Numbered from the stretch's first letter, positions 9,501 to 19,467 are shown. The stretch is DNA of 43,905 nucleotides from Bacteroidia bacterium (GCA_036405075.1 DASWYG010000025.1:1-43905); one strand, 5' to 3'. Made by a program: numbers and translations. Notes: generated by a model not told the origin, from the letters alone.

Positions 9501-10159
9501 TGCATATAGTCAACACCGATTGATTTCGGATCTGAACTACTTACATATTTTACGGTCGCATCGCCTGACTTCCAAGATTTAGAGGCCGAAGTACCACCAC
9601 CAACAACCATTGTGTGAACGGTTGGTGTAGTTGTGTCTATGGCGTTGAAATAATAGAACTGTTTATCATTGGTATAGGGTGAAATGAAGTTCTCAGGTGT
9701 GCTGTTTTCTACAAAGCCAAACGAATATTCAAGTGCCACTGGTTTATCCAGGCAAATAAGTGCATGCTCTGTTTTTTGACCTAATGGAGCAGAGCCGGAT
9801 GTAATTGTAAATTCAATCTCTTCACTGTTCATTGAATCAATTGTACCTTCCCATTCGATTGAAGCTGCTATGTTGTTGGCTAGTCCTGTCCAATCCTTAA
9901 CAAAGACGATTGACTGACCAATTGAGAAACCGTCATCCTCCCATGAGCCACTTATCCGTTTAAGAATGTTTCCGTTTTGGACCTCGAAGTAACGAGTTTG
10001 GTCGGCCTCTGTAATTAATGAAGCATTTACTTCAGACACAAATTTCAACTTCTCTCCTACTGACCCCTTCAAATGTTTTGCAAAGTCAGTTAAGTTTGAA
10101 GCGAATGTGTTACCATTGCCCCACTGCGAGAAATATTTTCTACTTAATATCTGTATCAT
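6596..10159 (-). CDS. Large distal tail / host-recognition protein (Tal or gpJ position, 1187 aa)
   Basis: The largest ORF in the window. It lies two genes downstream of the tape measure and is beta-rich. All internal ORFs in other frames are short shadow ORFs. Confidence 0.65.
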   Translation of the reverse strand: MIQILSRKYFSQWGNGNTFASNLTDFAKHLKGSVGEKLKFVSEVNASLITEADQTRYFEVQNGNILKRISGSWEDDGFSIGQSIVFVKDWTGLANNIAASIEWEGTIDSMNSEEIEFTITSGSAPLGQKTEHALICLDKPVALEYSFGFVENSTPENFISPYTNDKQFYYFNAIDTTTPTVHTMVVGGGTSASKSWKSGDATVKYVSSSDPKSIGVDYMHKYEITQEFIINPLFLEAYETAFDNGTQPDEFFKENTIKHIASYTFRTALTNPNTSIVITDSSLLGSVGWFGENYNGYNNPYSVSNLAYTNYDDGEAVDSLQLHQKTRVTGQINGTGFTNTSKLGIYFFWAAPLSRYSSKQDSLQDTFLTDSIIGSMVSGTFTTTGSGRIKQITFNYLSASRVDFEADIEFSSDEREYINPDLLDTISDKYFIGIQAGNTNSVDTSNKVIVQADWQQFVVNNDESGLLTFSNQEFFPHPIDDDENGYTDYKGWKQDGIQYGCTISKNLLANIRNIQVRVIAYSENNQFDLQKYIFDVSDKILVNAVVDYEKLDINTTRGYKLATGDQFNKVFLTFDDPVGGWQDIELKCAVKLDWQSWIKLPNADTIFYDGALDSLGMGKDSSRYIGNGYSIKLVIDVDVEKNVTTRYSDYSPDLKIYDWSLDELTLWGVTIQTFDIDDNDLGGAILKNADTKVVITYTPTSGNTADFNIDCAVTRLDIAQSTGYGTIEEASSLRTLRTGGIFKAVNGESKLKLVDTGTEVVTTILIDFTKLGTEDYLLSGRLFGSPNFPLYQIARDIKSLSEDELLLFNCADNGIAVSNSLRIAQLNADKVIISETAIALSASYTYQNLKLAVSTINTNGKPNFYAVTYTGTATEVHEFIFNGTIYTQTRIYTANIGGSGPTFIRIDPALEPNSKPYIWFGNRDANLGGGDRGCKILYHNGTSWQNLSWVCYDSGSPTNDMCAHPQDIIHDNSNVYVMNYDNPPQSFQYTYGKIAQYYQSSGSTTDPVDRADFSNYSLVYNIQINTSNGENVDGLAGTVGDLAFNIGFEVLEIDANSNPVFLIVHSADNGSGGFGRHFSRLRANIASPSDPDHWTIETPMSATNANEGTPQALRGQASSTIETSPLQNKNQSHIWVIDPNTFVTGHQARFYWVKHVINDWTGVLPNDWAIYSPNNPNYNFTSGNQLT

Positions 10160-10316
10160 TTAGCTTCTTGATTACTTCTAATATCTTATCTGAGTTGAGC
10201 GAATTTATGCCCTCTTTGATGGCTGCTGTGTGCTGTTTTAGTGCCGCTTTTTGCTCATCGCTTAACCCGGACTTTTCGATTTGCTCTTCTGTTTTCTTTA
10301 ACTGTTCTAAAATCAT
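10140..10316 (-). CDS. Small helical protein (58 aa), absent from the ORF track
   Basis: Hand translation gives MILEQLKKTEEQIEKSGLSDEQKAALKQHTAAIKEGINSLNSDKILEVIKKLNDTDIK. Its ATG forms an ATGA overlap with the stop of 10313..12100, and it fills an otherwise empty 150-nt gap. Confidence 0.5.
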   Translation of the reverse strand: MILEQLKKTEEQIEKSGLSDEQKAALKQHTAAIKEGINSLNSDKILEVIKKLNDTDIK

Positions 10317-12100
10317 GGTTCAACTGGTGTTTCTTTAAGTGATTCTTGATTAACATAAGTAAAAGGCTCTTCAATGGTCGCAACAGCTGTGTCGCTCGAA
10401 AGATTCCATTTGATGTGCCTGAACTTCATTACTGTGCCGTTATGCTCGAAAAATGAGTTATTATATGTTTTTAAATAGTCTTCAAAACTGAATGGTATTC
10501 TAACTCCCTCATAAATTTTCTTTTGTGAAAACTCAGGAGCTTCTTTGAATGAGCGGACATAGTGATAGTTGTTGTATAGATATTTTGCTGATAGTAAGTC
10601 TCTGTGGTTTTTAGGGATAATTCCATCCCGGATCACAACCAACTTAGGGACATTGAATGAATTCTGTGAGATAACCAATTTACCCTTATTTTCATCGATC
10701 TTTTCGTTGAATGTTTTGCCTCCGAGGATCTTGATAAATGAGTCAATGCCCATTAGCAGCGTCTTTGCTGCGTATTCCATTGCGCTCAACTTATTGCGCC
10801 TCGCCCCCAATGCAAGTTTAATTCTTACGTCTTCTAAACCTTTTGTTAATCGGTTTTTATTTTCAATTGGGTTGGCCAGTTCAGTAGCAACCTCATAGAA
10901 CACACCTTTTTCGTATTGCTTCGAATCGCTGTCCTTTTCATTTGGCATGGTGTATTCGTCCGCAGGATCATACTGAAATGACAAAATAAAATTACCCCTG
11001 AATTCATCGGTATTAAACCTGAATTTTTCCATCAATAAACCATTTGCTCCAAGCAATTCATTAGGCAATTGGTAGCCTGAATTCTTTTGCAATCTTTCGG
11101 ACTTTTCAGGTATTAAAATGAATGTTCTTCTATTGTTGATTACAGTCATTTTACTCTTTGCCCTAAATAGATCTATGGCTGTGTTTAACGCTTCTATGCA
11201 TTGATAACCAAAATCGTCAGTGTTTGGAATACCTTCATCCTGCCTGTTTTTACGGATCTTATTGTCTGTTTTTGAAGGGAGGTAAACATACCAATCAAGT
11301 TCTCTTATTTCGCTTTGAAAGTCTATATCAAAATAGGCAAATGCTTTTGTTAACATTGTCCTTAAAGTCATGCCTTTATACTTTACTGGTATTGGCAAAA
11401 GGTTTTTGACAAGAGATTTTAATAAATTTGTTACCGTGATTAGCAAAATTGCAGTGTATGCAATGAGTTGAATTGCGAACGCAATCGCTTCGTATAGATC
11501 AGCCGGTTTTTGAGTTGGTGTAGAAAATGTGAGGGCCTTAAATGTTTTTACAATCGACTCTTTATTTTCTTTAATCCAATTATGCGTAGTATCATATATC
11601 AAGAACAAAGAGACTGATACCAACGTCGTCTCCAATCCATCAAACTTTTTACGAATAATTACAGGGACTTCAATATAATCATTTTCGGTAATAAATTTCT
11701 TTTGAGCCAATAACCCATAGGTAATGGATTGCAACATTTGATCAATGTATTCCAATCCATCATAAGGTTTTATTTTAATCGTCAACTCCGTTTCATTGAT
11801 AAACTCAATTTCAGTTGTATCTAAAATACCATCATAGTTGATGTACTTTTGAAGCTGATCTGAATATATCTGCATTGTGAATGGAATGCCGTCAAATATT
11901 GAAGGTCCATTACTTCTCGATTGGTCATAATTGATCCACCTTTTTATCAGTAAGGCGGTTTCATTGACAAACCTGAATGAGTCTATTTCAATTTGTGGCT
12001 GTATAGAATCTTCATAAGCGGCAATAATGTCTATATTCATCCAATTTGTTGGTGGTAATACATCTTGCCCGGCAATATTGAAAATAATTTCGTATTTCAT
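10313..12100 (-). CDS. Distal tail protein (Dit position, 595 aa)
   Basis: Immediately downstream of the tape measure gene and ATGA-coupled to it. Contains an internal hydrophobic segment, AIAFAIQLIAYTAILLITV. Confidence 0.55.
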   Translation of the reverse strand: MKYEIIFNIAGQDVLPPTNWMNIDIIAAYEDSIQPQIEIDSFRFVNETALLIKRWINYDQSRSNGPSIFDGIPFTMQIYSDQLQKYINYDGILDTTEIEFINETELTIKIKPYDGLEYIDQMLQSITYGLLAQKKFITENDYIEVPVIIRKKFDGLETTLVSVSLFLIYDTTHNWIKENKESIVKTFKALTFSTPTQKPADLYEAIAFAIQLIAYTAILLITVTNLLKSLVKNLLPIPVKYKGMTLRTMLTKAFAYFDIDFQSEIRELDWYVYLPSKTDNKIRKNRQDEGIPNTDDFGYQCIEALNTAIDLFRAKSKMTVINNRRTFILIPEKSERLQKNSGYQLPNELLGANGLLMEKFRFNTDEFRGNFILSFQYDPADEYTMPNEKDSDSKQYEKGVFYEVATELANPIENKNRLTKGLEDVRIKLALGARRNKLSAMEYAAKTLLMGIDSFIKILGGKTFNEKIDENKGKLVISQNSFNVPKLVVIRDGIIPKNHRDLLSAKYLYNNYHYVRSFKEAPEFSQKKIYEGVRIPFSFEDYLKTYNNSFFEHNGTVMKFRHIKWNLSSDTAVATIEEPFTYVNQESLKETPVEP

Positions 12101-14658
12101 TTTTTAATGCCCCTTTTGATAGATTTTCTATTGTGCTTTGTCTCAATAATGTCTACCATCATTTTATTTACCTCATCATATCTAAATGATGGGACTGGTT
12201 TGTTTTCGATGACTTTAGTGAGAGTTTGTATCTCTTCTTTCATCGACTTTGTCTCACTTAATAACCGATCATCAACATGATTACTCATGATAATTTCGGG
12301 CATGATACCACGTTGATAATAGAGTGCCAGGTTTGCAAGTTCATCGTTTGATAAGTCGCCGATTTTGCGGTTCTGATCTTTGGTCAATACCCTTTCATTG
12401 GGGTGAAGAATAGCATGAAAACCGCCTTTGCCATCGACTCCGGTACCGTTGTTTCCTGTGTCTTGAGTTCCTTTCTCAAATGCAGGCAAAGCCCTCAATC
12501 CTGCGGATAATGCAGTCAAATCCTTTAATGTTTTTTGAAGTGCAATAGTTGGGTTTGATTCCAAGTTGGCTGTGTATGCTTTCAGTCCGGCAAAGAACAA
12601 TTCTTGACGTTTTTGAGTCTTTTGTTGTTTGAATTTCTTTGCCTCCAATTCAGCTTGTCTGCGCTCTTCAAGTGCTATACTATCGGCTGCATCTTTGTTG
12701 CCTTTGATTGCAAGTTCTTTGAGCATGTCGGCTCTTCGCCTTGAGTTATTGATCTCGGTGTCTGTTTTGCTTAATTGTATTTGATTTTCTTGTTTTGCAT
12801 TTTGCTCAAGAAGAGACAATGAATCTTTGGCAAATTTCTGCTGAGCTTTCAAGGCTTCTTTGCGTGCTTTTTCGTCGGCCTTTTCTTGCTCTAACTGCTT
12901 TTTTCTTTTGTATTGATCTGCCTCAATTATACTATCATTAATAGCCTGTTGTTGGTTTACCAAGTCCTCGAATTGCTTATCAAGGCTATCCTTACGCGCT
13001 TTTTCTTCAGCATTTAGAATATCTTTCATTTCGCGCTCAAACTTACTAGCAATAGCAAGATTTGCCTCTTCTCTTTGTTGAGCGTCTTTAATCCTGAACT
13101 CATTCATTTGCATTTCGAAGGCCGCCTCTTCTTCCATTAGCAACTTCTTGCGCTCATTAGCATCACGCACACTTTCTATTTGAAGAACATTCATTTTGTG
13201 TTGAAGTTCCAATGCCTCAATCAATAGTTTTTCTGCTTCTTTTGCATCTTTTTCGGCCTCCTTACCCTCTTTTCTTGCTGCCTCCCTATTGGCCATACTT
13301 CGTTTCAATGCCGCCTCCTGTGTTTTGACATCATAAACCTCCTCTTCGGCCAAAAGATCCCTGTAGCTATCAGAATAAGCCTCATATTTCATGTTTAATT
13401 CTGCTTGGAGTACATCTTTTCTGGCCTTTAATTCCTCATCATCTTTGACATCTATCTTATTGATGAAAGCTTGTTGATCATCTAATTTCTTTTTGTATTG
13501 CTCTTTTTGAGCCAAATATGTCTGAATCTGCTCTATCGATTTATTGTTATACTTAACCTCAATCTCGTATACTTTTTGGTTGTATTCCTCTCTATCTTTG
13601 AGGGTGAGATTCTCTTCTTCTATGGCATCATATTGCTCTTTAAGTCTTTCAAGTTCAAGTTTCCTATTAAGATCTAGTTGTTTAATTGACTCCTTGTAAC
13701 GTTTGTCTGTAGCTGACAACCCATGTTCGACTTCTTCATTTAGGCTTTTTTGCGCTTTTGCTGCCGCATCGAGAGACTTTTTAACTTTATCGACACCAAG
13801 TGCCATGTCTATCAATTTACCACCGTAGACGGTCAATAAAGTAACACCAAGACTAATTAATGTTTGCCACGAGAAAAGCGATTTTCCTAGTGCTTTCCAA
13901 ATTGGCTCGGATTTCTCTCCTTGGGCGTCGAGTTGTTTGTTCGCCTCTCTTAATCTATTGATCTCATCAACTAATATTGGTAAGTTATTAGAGATTGCCA
14001 TGAACCCAGTGTTTAGCGAGTTAGCAAATGCCGGAGCCTCCCTTGTTAATTGATTGATTGAATTTCTTAATCCATCATAACCACTGGCATAATTTCCGAC
14101 ATTTCGCTGATGTTGCCCGGCGTCTGCGTCTACCTTTTTTAGAGTCGCATCTAGTGCATCAAGTTCCTTTTTTAAGGCTTTCGCTTCTTCTGTGTTCTCT
14201 TTATTTACGATAGCAAGATCTTTCCATGCTTTGCGGAGTTGGTTGAGCTTCATTGATGCTTTGTCGTATGCACCAGTTGACTCTGAGTTCATCTTCGCCC
14301 AATCTTTCGTCTCCTTCTTTATTCTCTCCAGTTCAAGCCTAGACTCTGCTAATAGTTGAGCTTCTAAGGTCAATTCAGCGTTGAGTTTATCGGTTGTCGC
14401 TCTGAGTTCTTTCTTAATTTTATCAAAGGCACTCATTGCCTCTGCCGCAACCCTTGTACCTTGAGTGAATCTGGTCAACCCGTCTGTTGAACCAAAATCA
14501 GCACCTCTGAAAGTAATTTTGAGTGCTTTTGCAATGTCTTTGATTTGTGTCTCAGTATTATTGAGTACCGCCAAAAAGGCAATAAAGTCATCGATAACCG
14601 GCTTGGTTAAGTTCGGTTCAGCAATGTCTTTATGTGTGATTATACCCTTATTTGGCAT
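12097..14658 (-). CDS. Tail tape measure protein
   Basis: 853 aa with long K/E/A/L coiled-coil stretches, a hydrophobic segment (WQTLISLGVTLLTVYGG), and a C-terminal GGFHAILHPNERVLT motif of the kind seen in tape measures. Its position is canonical. Confidence 0.85.
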   Translation of the reverse strand: MPNKGIITHKDIAEPNLTKPVIDDFIAFLAVLNNTETQIKDIAKALKITFRGADFGSTDGLTRFTQGTRVAAEAMSAFDKIKKELRATTDKLNAELTLEAQLLAESRLELERIKKETKDWAKMNSESTGAYDKASMKLNQLRKAWKDLAIVNKENTEEAKALKKELDALDATLKKVDADAGQHQRNVGNYASGYDGLRNSINQLTREAPAFANSLNTGFMAISNNLPILVDEINRLREANKQLDAQGEKSEPIWKALGKSLFSWQTLISLGVTLLTVYGGKLIDMALGVDKVKKSLDAAAKAQKSLNEEVEHGLSATDKRYKESIKQLDLNRKLELERLKEQYDAIEEENLTLKDREEYNQKVYEIEVKYNNKSIEQIQTYLAQKEQYKKKLDDQQAFINKIDVKDDEELKARKDVLQAELNMKYEAYSDSYRDLLAEEEVYDVKTQEAALKRSMANREAARKEGKEAEKDAKEAEKLLIEALELQHKMNVLQIESVRDANERKKLLMEEEAAFEMQMNEFRIKDAQQREEANLAIASKFEREMKDILNAEEKARKDSLDKQFEDLVNQQQAINDSIIEADQYKRKKQLEQEKADEKARKEALKAQQKFAKDSLSLLEQNAKQENQIQLSKTDTEINNSRRRADMLKELAIKGNKDAADSIALEERRQAELEAKKFKQQKTQKRQELFFAGLKAYTANLESNPTIALQKTLKDLTALSAGLRALPAFEKGTQDTGNNGTGVDGKGGFHAILHPNERVLTKDQNRKIGDLSNDELANLALYYQRGIMPEIIMSNHVDDRLLSETKSMKEEIQTLTKVIENKPVPSFRYDEVNKMMVDIIETKHNRKSIKRGIKK

Positions 14659-14659
14659 T

Positions 14660-15250
14660 TTATTTCTTGTTTATAGTTTGAATCATTGAGTAGAATTCAA
14701 TGACACTTACTTTGTGTGGATCTATTGGATGGCCTTGCGCTCTTGATAGCTGTGCAATGACCTTGTAAATGCTTTCACTTTCTTTTGTTTTATAATCTTC
14801 AATTTCTGCTTTCTTCTCATTGACGATGGCCTTATTGATTGGGCTTGGATCAAGAATATAGTTGCACATGAGTTCAGAATATTGCTTTAGGTTTTCGAGG
14901 TACTCTTTGTAATCATTCGACAATCCGATTTGCTTTAAAAACTGGTCGTTGATTCGTTTGTAAATGCGATTCATGACCATTATTTCAATAGGTGCATAGA
15001 TGAATAGAAGCATAACAAACCCCAATGCGAATGCAATGTTGATGCTCAGTAAATAGGTAACAAATACCAAAATACCAACGATGAATTCACGGTTATTTTT
15101 AGCCAAAAGTCTTGTATCGCCAGTCTCATTGATTTTGAACCAATGTATTACGGGCAATGTTTCAATTGAACCATAATACCTAAGCCAAATCAAGCTTTGT
15201 ACGAAGGACTTGAGGGTATTTTTCGCGTATGTAATTTTGAACCTTTTCAA
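14660..15250 (-). CDS. Membrane-helix-containing protein in the tail-chaperone slot (196 aa from a TTG start)
   Basis: Overlaps the upstream ORF by 71 nt in the +1 frame. The only in-frame start in the overlap is TTG. Hydrophobic stretch FIVGILVFVTYLLSINIAFALGFVMLLFIYAPIEI. Confidence 0.45.
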   Translation of the reverse strand: MKRFKITYAKNTLKSFVQSLIWLRYYGSIETLPVIHWFKINETGDTRLLAKNNREFIVGILVFVTYLLSINIAFALGFVMLLFIYAPIEIMVMNRIYKRINDQFLKQIGLSNDYKEYLENLKQYSELMCNYILDPSPINKAIVNEKKAEIEDYKTKESESIYKVIAQLSRAQGHPIDPHKVSVIEFYSMIQTINKK

Positions 15251-15647
15251 TATTTTCTTGTTGTAATCCGATTGTAAAGCCTCCCCATTCTTGGTTGATA
15301 TCTTTAGAACCTTTCATTGGGTCAGCTGTTATTTCTATGTAATCTGCCCCAACCGGCACAATTACCCTGAATGATTTATAGAAGTCGCCGTCTTGGTACA
15401 ATGTCACCCTGTCTGTTGGTCTACCTGTTTCAATTTTAATTTTAACAGTATAAGGAGCGTAACCACCTCCAATAGAATCCAATCTTCTGCCTAAACTATC
15501 TTCACCCTTCTCAAACAATTGATCACGAGTGTTCAGATCAATGATCATTTCTTGCAGTTCAGTTGAGTTGAATATCTGCTGAAGTATCGCATGATGGTCA
15601 AGCGACTTGATCCAACCATTTACCGTATTTTTCACTGTCTCAAGCAT
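15180..15647 (-). CDS. Tail assembly or completion protein candidate (155 aa)
   Basis: Lies between the major tail and tape measure genes. Confidence 0.5.
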   Translation of the reverse strand: MLETVKNTVNGWIKSLDHHAILQQIFNSTELQEMIIDLNTRDQLFEKGEDSLGRRLDSIGGGYAPYTVKIKIETGRPTDRVTLYQDGDFYKSFRVIVPVGADYIEITADPMKGSKDINQEWGGFTIGLQQENIEKVQNYIREKYPQVLRTKLDLA

Positions 15648-15678
15648 ATTATTGGGGGCTTTTTATCGCCCCCTTTAA

Positions 15679-15852
15679 TCATTTTTTCTTTTCGGTTTTC
15701 TCCTTTGTTTCAGGCTTCGCAGCCTTTACAATGTCATCCCACAGAGTATTGATATCGCAATTGATTTTACCTCTGTGAGCCGCTTTAAATGCAGTCTCGC
15801 CCATTGCGTAACAAGCTGCTGCATCTCCACTGAAATTGCCTCTTATAATCAT
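15679..15852 (-). CDS. Small protein (57 aa counted from MIIRGNFSG)
   Basis: The ATG at 15852 lies 2 nt after the stop of the major tail gene. The longer track ORF (to 15885) would overlap that gene by 31 nt. Confidence 0.5.
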   Translation of the reverse strand: MIIRGNFSGDAAACYAMGETAFKAAHRGKINCDINTLWDDIVKAAKPETKEKTEKKK

Positions 15853-15854
15853 GG

Positions 15855-16808
15855 TTATTGAAGTGCAATTGCTACATCTTCCCAACCTGCATCATCGAAT
15901 GGTTTCGCTGCATCGGTTGAGCCGAGTGAAAGACGAAGGATGTCTGTGTTGGTTTGAGCGGTGAATGTGAAAGCATATCTACCTGGCACAGTTGTACTCT
16001 CAACACAGGTTGAAATTGTAACAGCACCCGCATCAGTCACATTGTACAATACAAAGTCAGCGGCTACCAATCCCTCAACTGCTGTTTTGGTTTTAATGGT
16101 GCCGAAGTCTTGAGTAATATCAACAGTGAATGTGGTTGTAGATCTGAGAGCCGCAACTTGTTCAAGTGTAGTATCTCTCATGCCTTTCCATTCGTTGATC
16201 AAATCAATACCAATGTCACTTGAGGAAATCCAAGAGAATTTCTCATCCAAAACGGTGTTCAGGAACTCAAATGCCAATGCACCACCTTCATTGGTGTTTC
16301 CGCTTTTAAACGCAAACATTGCATGTAGTGTGCTGTCGGCAAGTGGCAAAGGATAAAGTTTGCCTTTTGATTTCTCATAACCTCCCAGGTTTAAAGTATC
16401 TGATGTAATTAGTACACCAAGTTTACCACATCTGTGAGAGTTGATCTTACCAATGTAGGCTGGGCCGGTTCCTTTGAAGATTGCTTCAAATGTTCTTGAT
16501 CCGTAACGTACAAACTCTTTAGATCCGTCGTCAAATTCCTCGTAAACCGCATCGCCTTTAGGCATGTTGACATTTTTCATATCAACCGGAACAGGGAAGT
16601 AACGGGCATATCTATTGTCGTTGTATTGAAGAGCATCGAAGAACGCTTTATTCAAGGTTGCTGTCGATGTATCGATAAAGTTTTCGGTGCCGTCCTCTTT
16701 GTAGAGAGGCACAAAAGTAATCCTGAATGGTCTGCCAAATTTCTCAATGCAATTTGGCAATCCAAGATTCTTGACGTTTTCGTTGCATTCGCAAATTAAT
16801 CCGCTCAT
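15855..16808 (-). CDS. Major tail (tube) protein candidate with an Ig-like C-terminal region
   Basis: 317 aa, located upstream of the chaperone slot and tape measure. The C-terminal T/V-rich strands (TFTVDITQDFG...GRYAFTFTAQT) resemble the Ig-like extensions found on tail tube proteins. No sheath gene is present. Confidence 0.5.
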   Translation of the reverse strand: MSGLICECNENVKNLGLPNCIEKFGRPFRITFVPLYKEDGTENFIDTSTATLNKAFFDALQYNDNRYARYFPVPVDMKNVNMPKGDAVYEEFDDGSKEFVRYGSRTFEAIFKGTGPAYIGKINSHRCGKLGVLITSDTLNLGGYEKSKGKLYPLPLADSTLHAMFAFKSGNTNEGGALAFEFLNTVLDEKFSWISSSDIGIDLINEWKGMRDTTLEQVAALRSTTTFTVDITQDFGTIKTKTAVEGLVAADFVLYNVTDAGAVTISTCVESTTVPGRYAFTFTAQTNTDILRLSLGSTDAAKPFDDAGWEDVAIALQ

Positions 16809-16822
16809 TTTCTATTTAAATT

Positions 16823-17389
16823 TTAACATTCGTGTTTATCGTAATCGTATCTGAGAGAGAAGTTGAACCGGAAACAATGAAATGGATTCATGTCTCTGTG
16901 CTTCATTCCTGATTCTCTCATAAATCCAGGGTAATCGCTTAAAACCGCTTCTATGCCGGTTTGAATTCCTTCCAATGTGAAACCATATAGATCTTGATTG
17001 CAGAAGTATTGAACATCTTGCCTTGTGATCTCATCCGGCCTTGCATCGGTAACCTTTAATTTCTTGAGGTTGACAAAGAATATCAAATGCACATTTGCGA
17101 CATTTTGATTCTCCTGGGTGTCGACTTCAATTGTGTCACCAACCCCAAAGAATGAGGTCACTTTCACTTTATCGTCGAGTAATACTTCTTTGTATTCGTT
17201 TTTAGTCAAATAGACTTCGGGTACATAACCATCTGTTTTTTGGTTCTTGTACGCCCTGTCATAGCATAACCAATCAGTAGTAGACACATCACTTAAACCC
17301 CATCTTGCAATAAGTTGAGTATGCAGCCAGTTTTGAAACTGTTGTATCACATAATCAATGCCTTTTGGAGTGGGTGACTGAATCTTCAT
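16823..17389 (-). CDS. Head-tail joining or neck protein candidate (188 aa)
   Basis: Called on position alone, between the capsid and tail genes. Confidence 0.45.
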   Translation of the reverse strand: MKIQSPTPKGIDYVIQQFQNWLHTQLIARWGLSDVSTTDWLCYDRAYKNQKTDGYVPEVYLTKNEYKEVLLDDKVKVTSFFGVGDTIEVDTQENQNVANVHLIFFVNLKKLKVTDARPDEITRQDVQYFCNQDLYGFTLEGIQTGIEAVLSDYPGFMRESGMKHRDMNPFHCFRFNFSLRYDYDKHEC

Positions 17390-18441
17390 GATTGATACAT
17401 GGTGACCTTATCGTCATTAAAGAAGTTTTTATTAAGTCGTTGAATCTCTCGTTTCAATCTATTTTTGAATCCTGCTGAGTATGGCACAGTATCGGTAGGC
17501 ATATCTTGATTGAGTTCAGTGTACAATGAACCGAGTTGTTCTTTGTTTATTCTTTCGGTCGAATTCGATCTTATTGAATAAATGATGTTCTCGATCACAT
17601 TGCAGGTCACTTGTAAGCCAATCGCCTCATCAAACATTGAAGGATTTCTAATGATCACTTGCGTGAAATCTCTGACAGATGTCAGCTCCATGTTGATGCC
17701 GTAGTTTAAGTCATTATAAACCACACTATCGACATCATAAGTCAATGGACCAGTTTGATCAGCTTTAAACCCTCTGTAACCGAAAATGCTAGGACAAGCC
17801 CACTCACACACATCGTAATCAATTGCTCTAACGTCTCCCAAGTCTTCTTGAAAGTAGCCTATGAAGAAGTCTCCGGCCTTGTAAGTAGATGATGAAATTG
17901 AAAGCAATAAGTCATCAATGTTGAATACTGTTTCAACTCCCGCCGAAACTGTGACCGATTTCTCCCAAATCTTTCCTTTGAACGAATGGAAACAATACAT
18001 GTTGAATGTTTTATCGCCATCGAATAGAAGGGACAAAGAATTCAATCGCACAGCATAACTACTATCATTCGCAACATTGATCTTGAAGCCACAAAATTTG
18101 TTTTCATTCTCAATCAATGTCACCTCTTTTGGTTCACGTCTACTGAACAACTGCAGATTTTCAATGATGATGTCTTTATTGAACACCCCTTGAAGTATTC
18201 TTACGATTGCAGCCTTTTGAAGCGATTCTAAATATGCGTTGAAGTTGGCATTGGAAATGTCAGCATCTTCATGCGTATCTTTGATGTTTTTTATCGATAC
18301 TGCAGTGTGAAAGTCATCAAAGTATCTACCGGATTTAGAAATCAGATTGTTTCCGGTAAGAATATCATACCCACTCAATGTGGGCTGTCTCCAACCCACA
18401 CGAGTGAATAATGAACTTATGACTAAATCGGACTGAAACAC
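17386..18441 (-). CDS. Structural protein of unknown role (351 aa)
   Basis: ATGA-coupled and directly downstream of the capsid gene. Confidence 0.45.
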   Translation of the reverse strand: MFQSDLVISSLFTRVGWRQPTLSGYDILTGNNLISKSGRYFDDFHTAVSIKNIKDTHEDADISNANFNAYLESLQKAAIVRILQGVFNKDIIIENLQLFSRREPKEVTLIENENKFCGFKINVANDSSYAVRLNSLSLLFDGDKTFNMYCFHSFKGKIWEKSVTVSAGVETVFNIDDLLLSISSSTYKAGDFFIGYFQEDLGDVRAIDYDVCEWACPSIFGYRGFKADQTGPLTYDVDSVVYNDLNYGINMELTSVRDFTQVIIRNPSMFDEAIGLQVTCNVIENIIYSIRSNSTERINKEQLGSLYTELNQDMPTDTVPYSAGFKNRLKREIQRLNKNFFNDDKVTMYQS

Positions 18442-18453
18442 GAGATCTTAAGA

Positions 18454-19467
18454 TTAAACTTTTGCTACCTCGAAAACCACTGACTCAGTTGCAACTGATA
18501 CAGGTGACAAGCATGAAGCCATATCAACTGACAATTCAAATTGCATTACTACGTCCTGAGAGCTTCCGTTTGATCCTGATGCATCTGCTCTTTCAGCATA
18601 TCCATGCACAGCGAAAGTGATGCCCAAACCCCAAGGGTCTTGCATAACACCGAAACCGCCTACATAAGACATGTAATCTCCTTCACCTCTACGATTCACA
18701 GGTGGAATCCAAGGCAACAAAGCAAATGAGCCTTTTGGCATAATCAATCCCAATGCACCAGTGGTGTAATTAGCATCAGCCAATTCGATTGATTCAGCGA
18801 TGTTCATGCCGTTGAATTGGAAAGTCAGGTTGGCATTGTTTCCGGCTCCTTGTGCTTTTTGATACTCAGCATCGATGAAACCGAGTGGATTCAAGATCAC
18901 ATCCAGTTCATCACGGTAGTTGTTCTGTCTCATCATTGATTTGATGGTTTGGAAAAACTGATTCGCTGTGCTGATCTCGAATGCATCATTTGCACCATTG
19001 AATGAACCACCTTGAGTTGCAGCATTGATTTGTGTTCTTTGCGCTTGAAGGTAAGTCACTTGATCAGTCTCAATGTCTTCAATGATGTTCTTCATTGAGT
19101 TCTCGAATTGCTGCGCAAGTGCTTGTTCAAAAGCAAACGCGTTGTTATCCATTTGTTTCAATGAGATACTGAATGGATCGGAAAAAGTAGCCCATGAAAG
19201 AGCCAATACAAATGAATCACCTCTGTTTCCAGTGTGATTGTGAGTTCTTGCTGAACCTGATGCACGTTTCGAACGTTTGAGGATATTGGCCTCAACTGCT
19301 CTGTCTTCTCTTTTTCTGAGATCCGCAGCACCTGGGATCAAGAAATCTTGGTTCATTAAACCAAGTGCGACAGCCGGAGAAACTTTCATTCTGTTCTCCG
19401 GTGCCTGATATTTTTTGTTTAGCAACGCTTGTGCTTTGACAAGGTTGGTTGGGCTAAAATTTGCCAT
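18454..19467 (-). CDS. Major capsid protein candidate
   Basis: 337 aa, directly after a scaffold-like gene and preceded by a 110-nt leader. No TM segment and no enzyme motifs. Confidence 0.6.
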   Translation of the reverse strand: MANFSPTNLVKAQALLNKKYQAPENRMKVSPAVALGLMNQDFLIPGAADLRKREDRAVEANILKRSKRASGSARTHNHTGNRGDSFVLALSWATFSDPFSISLKQMDNNAFAFEQALAQQFENSMKNIIEDIETDQVTYLQAQRTQINAATQGGSFNGANDAFEISTANQFFQTIKSMMRQNNYRDELDVILNPLGFIDAEYQKAQGAGNNANLTFQFNGMNIAESIELADANYTTGALGLIMPKGSFALLPWIPPVNRRGEGDYMSYVGGFGVMQDPWGLGITFAVHGYAERADASGSNGSSQDVVMQFELSVDMASCLSPVSVATESVVFEVAKV

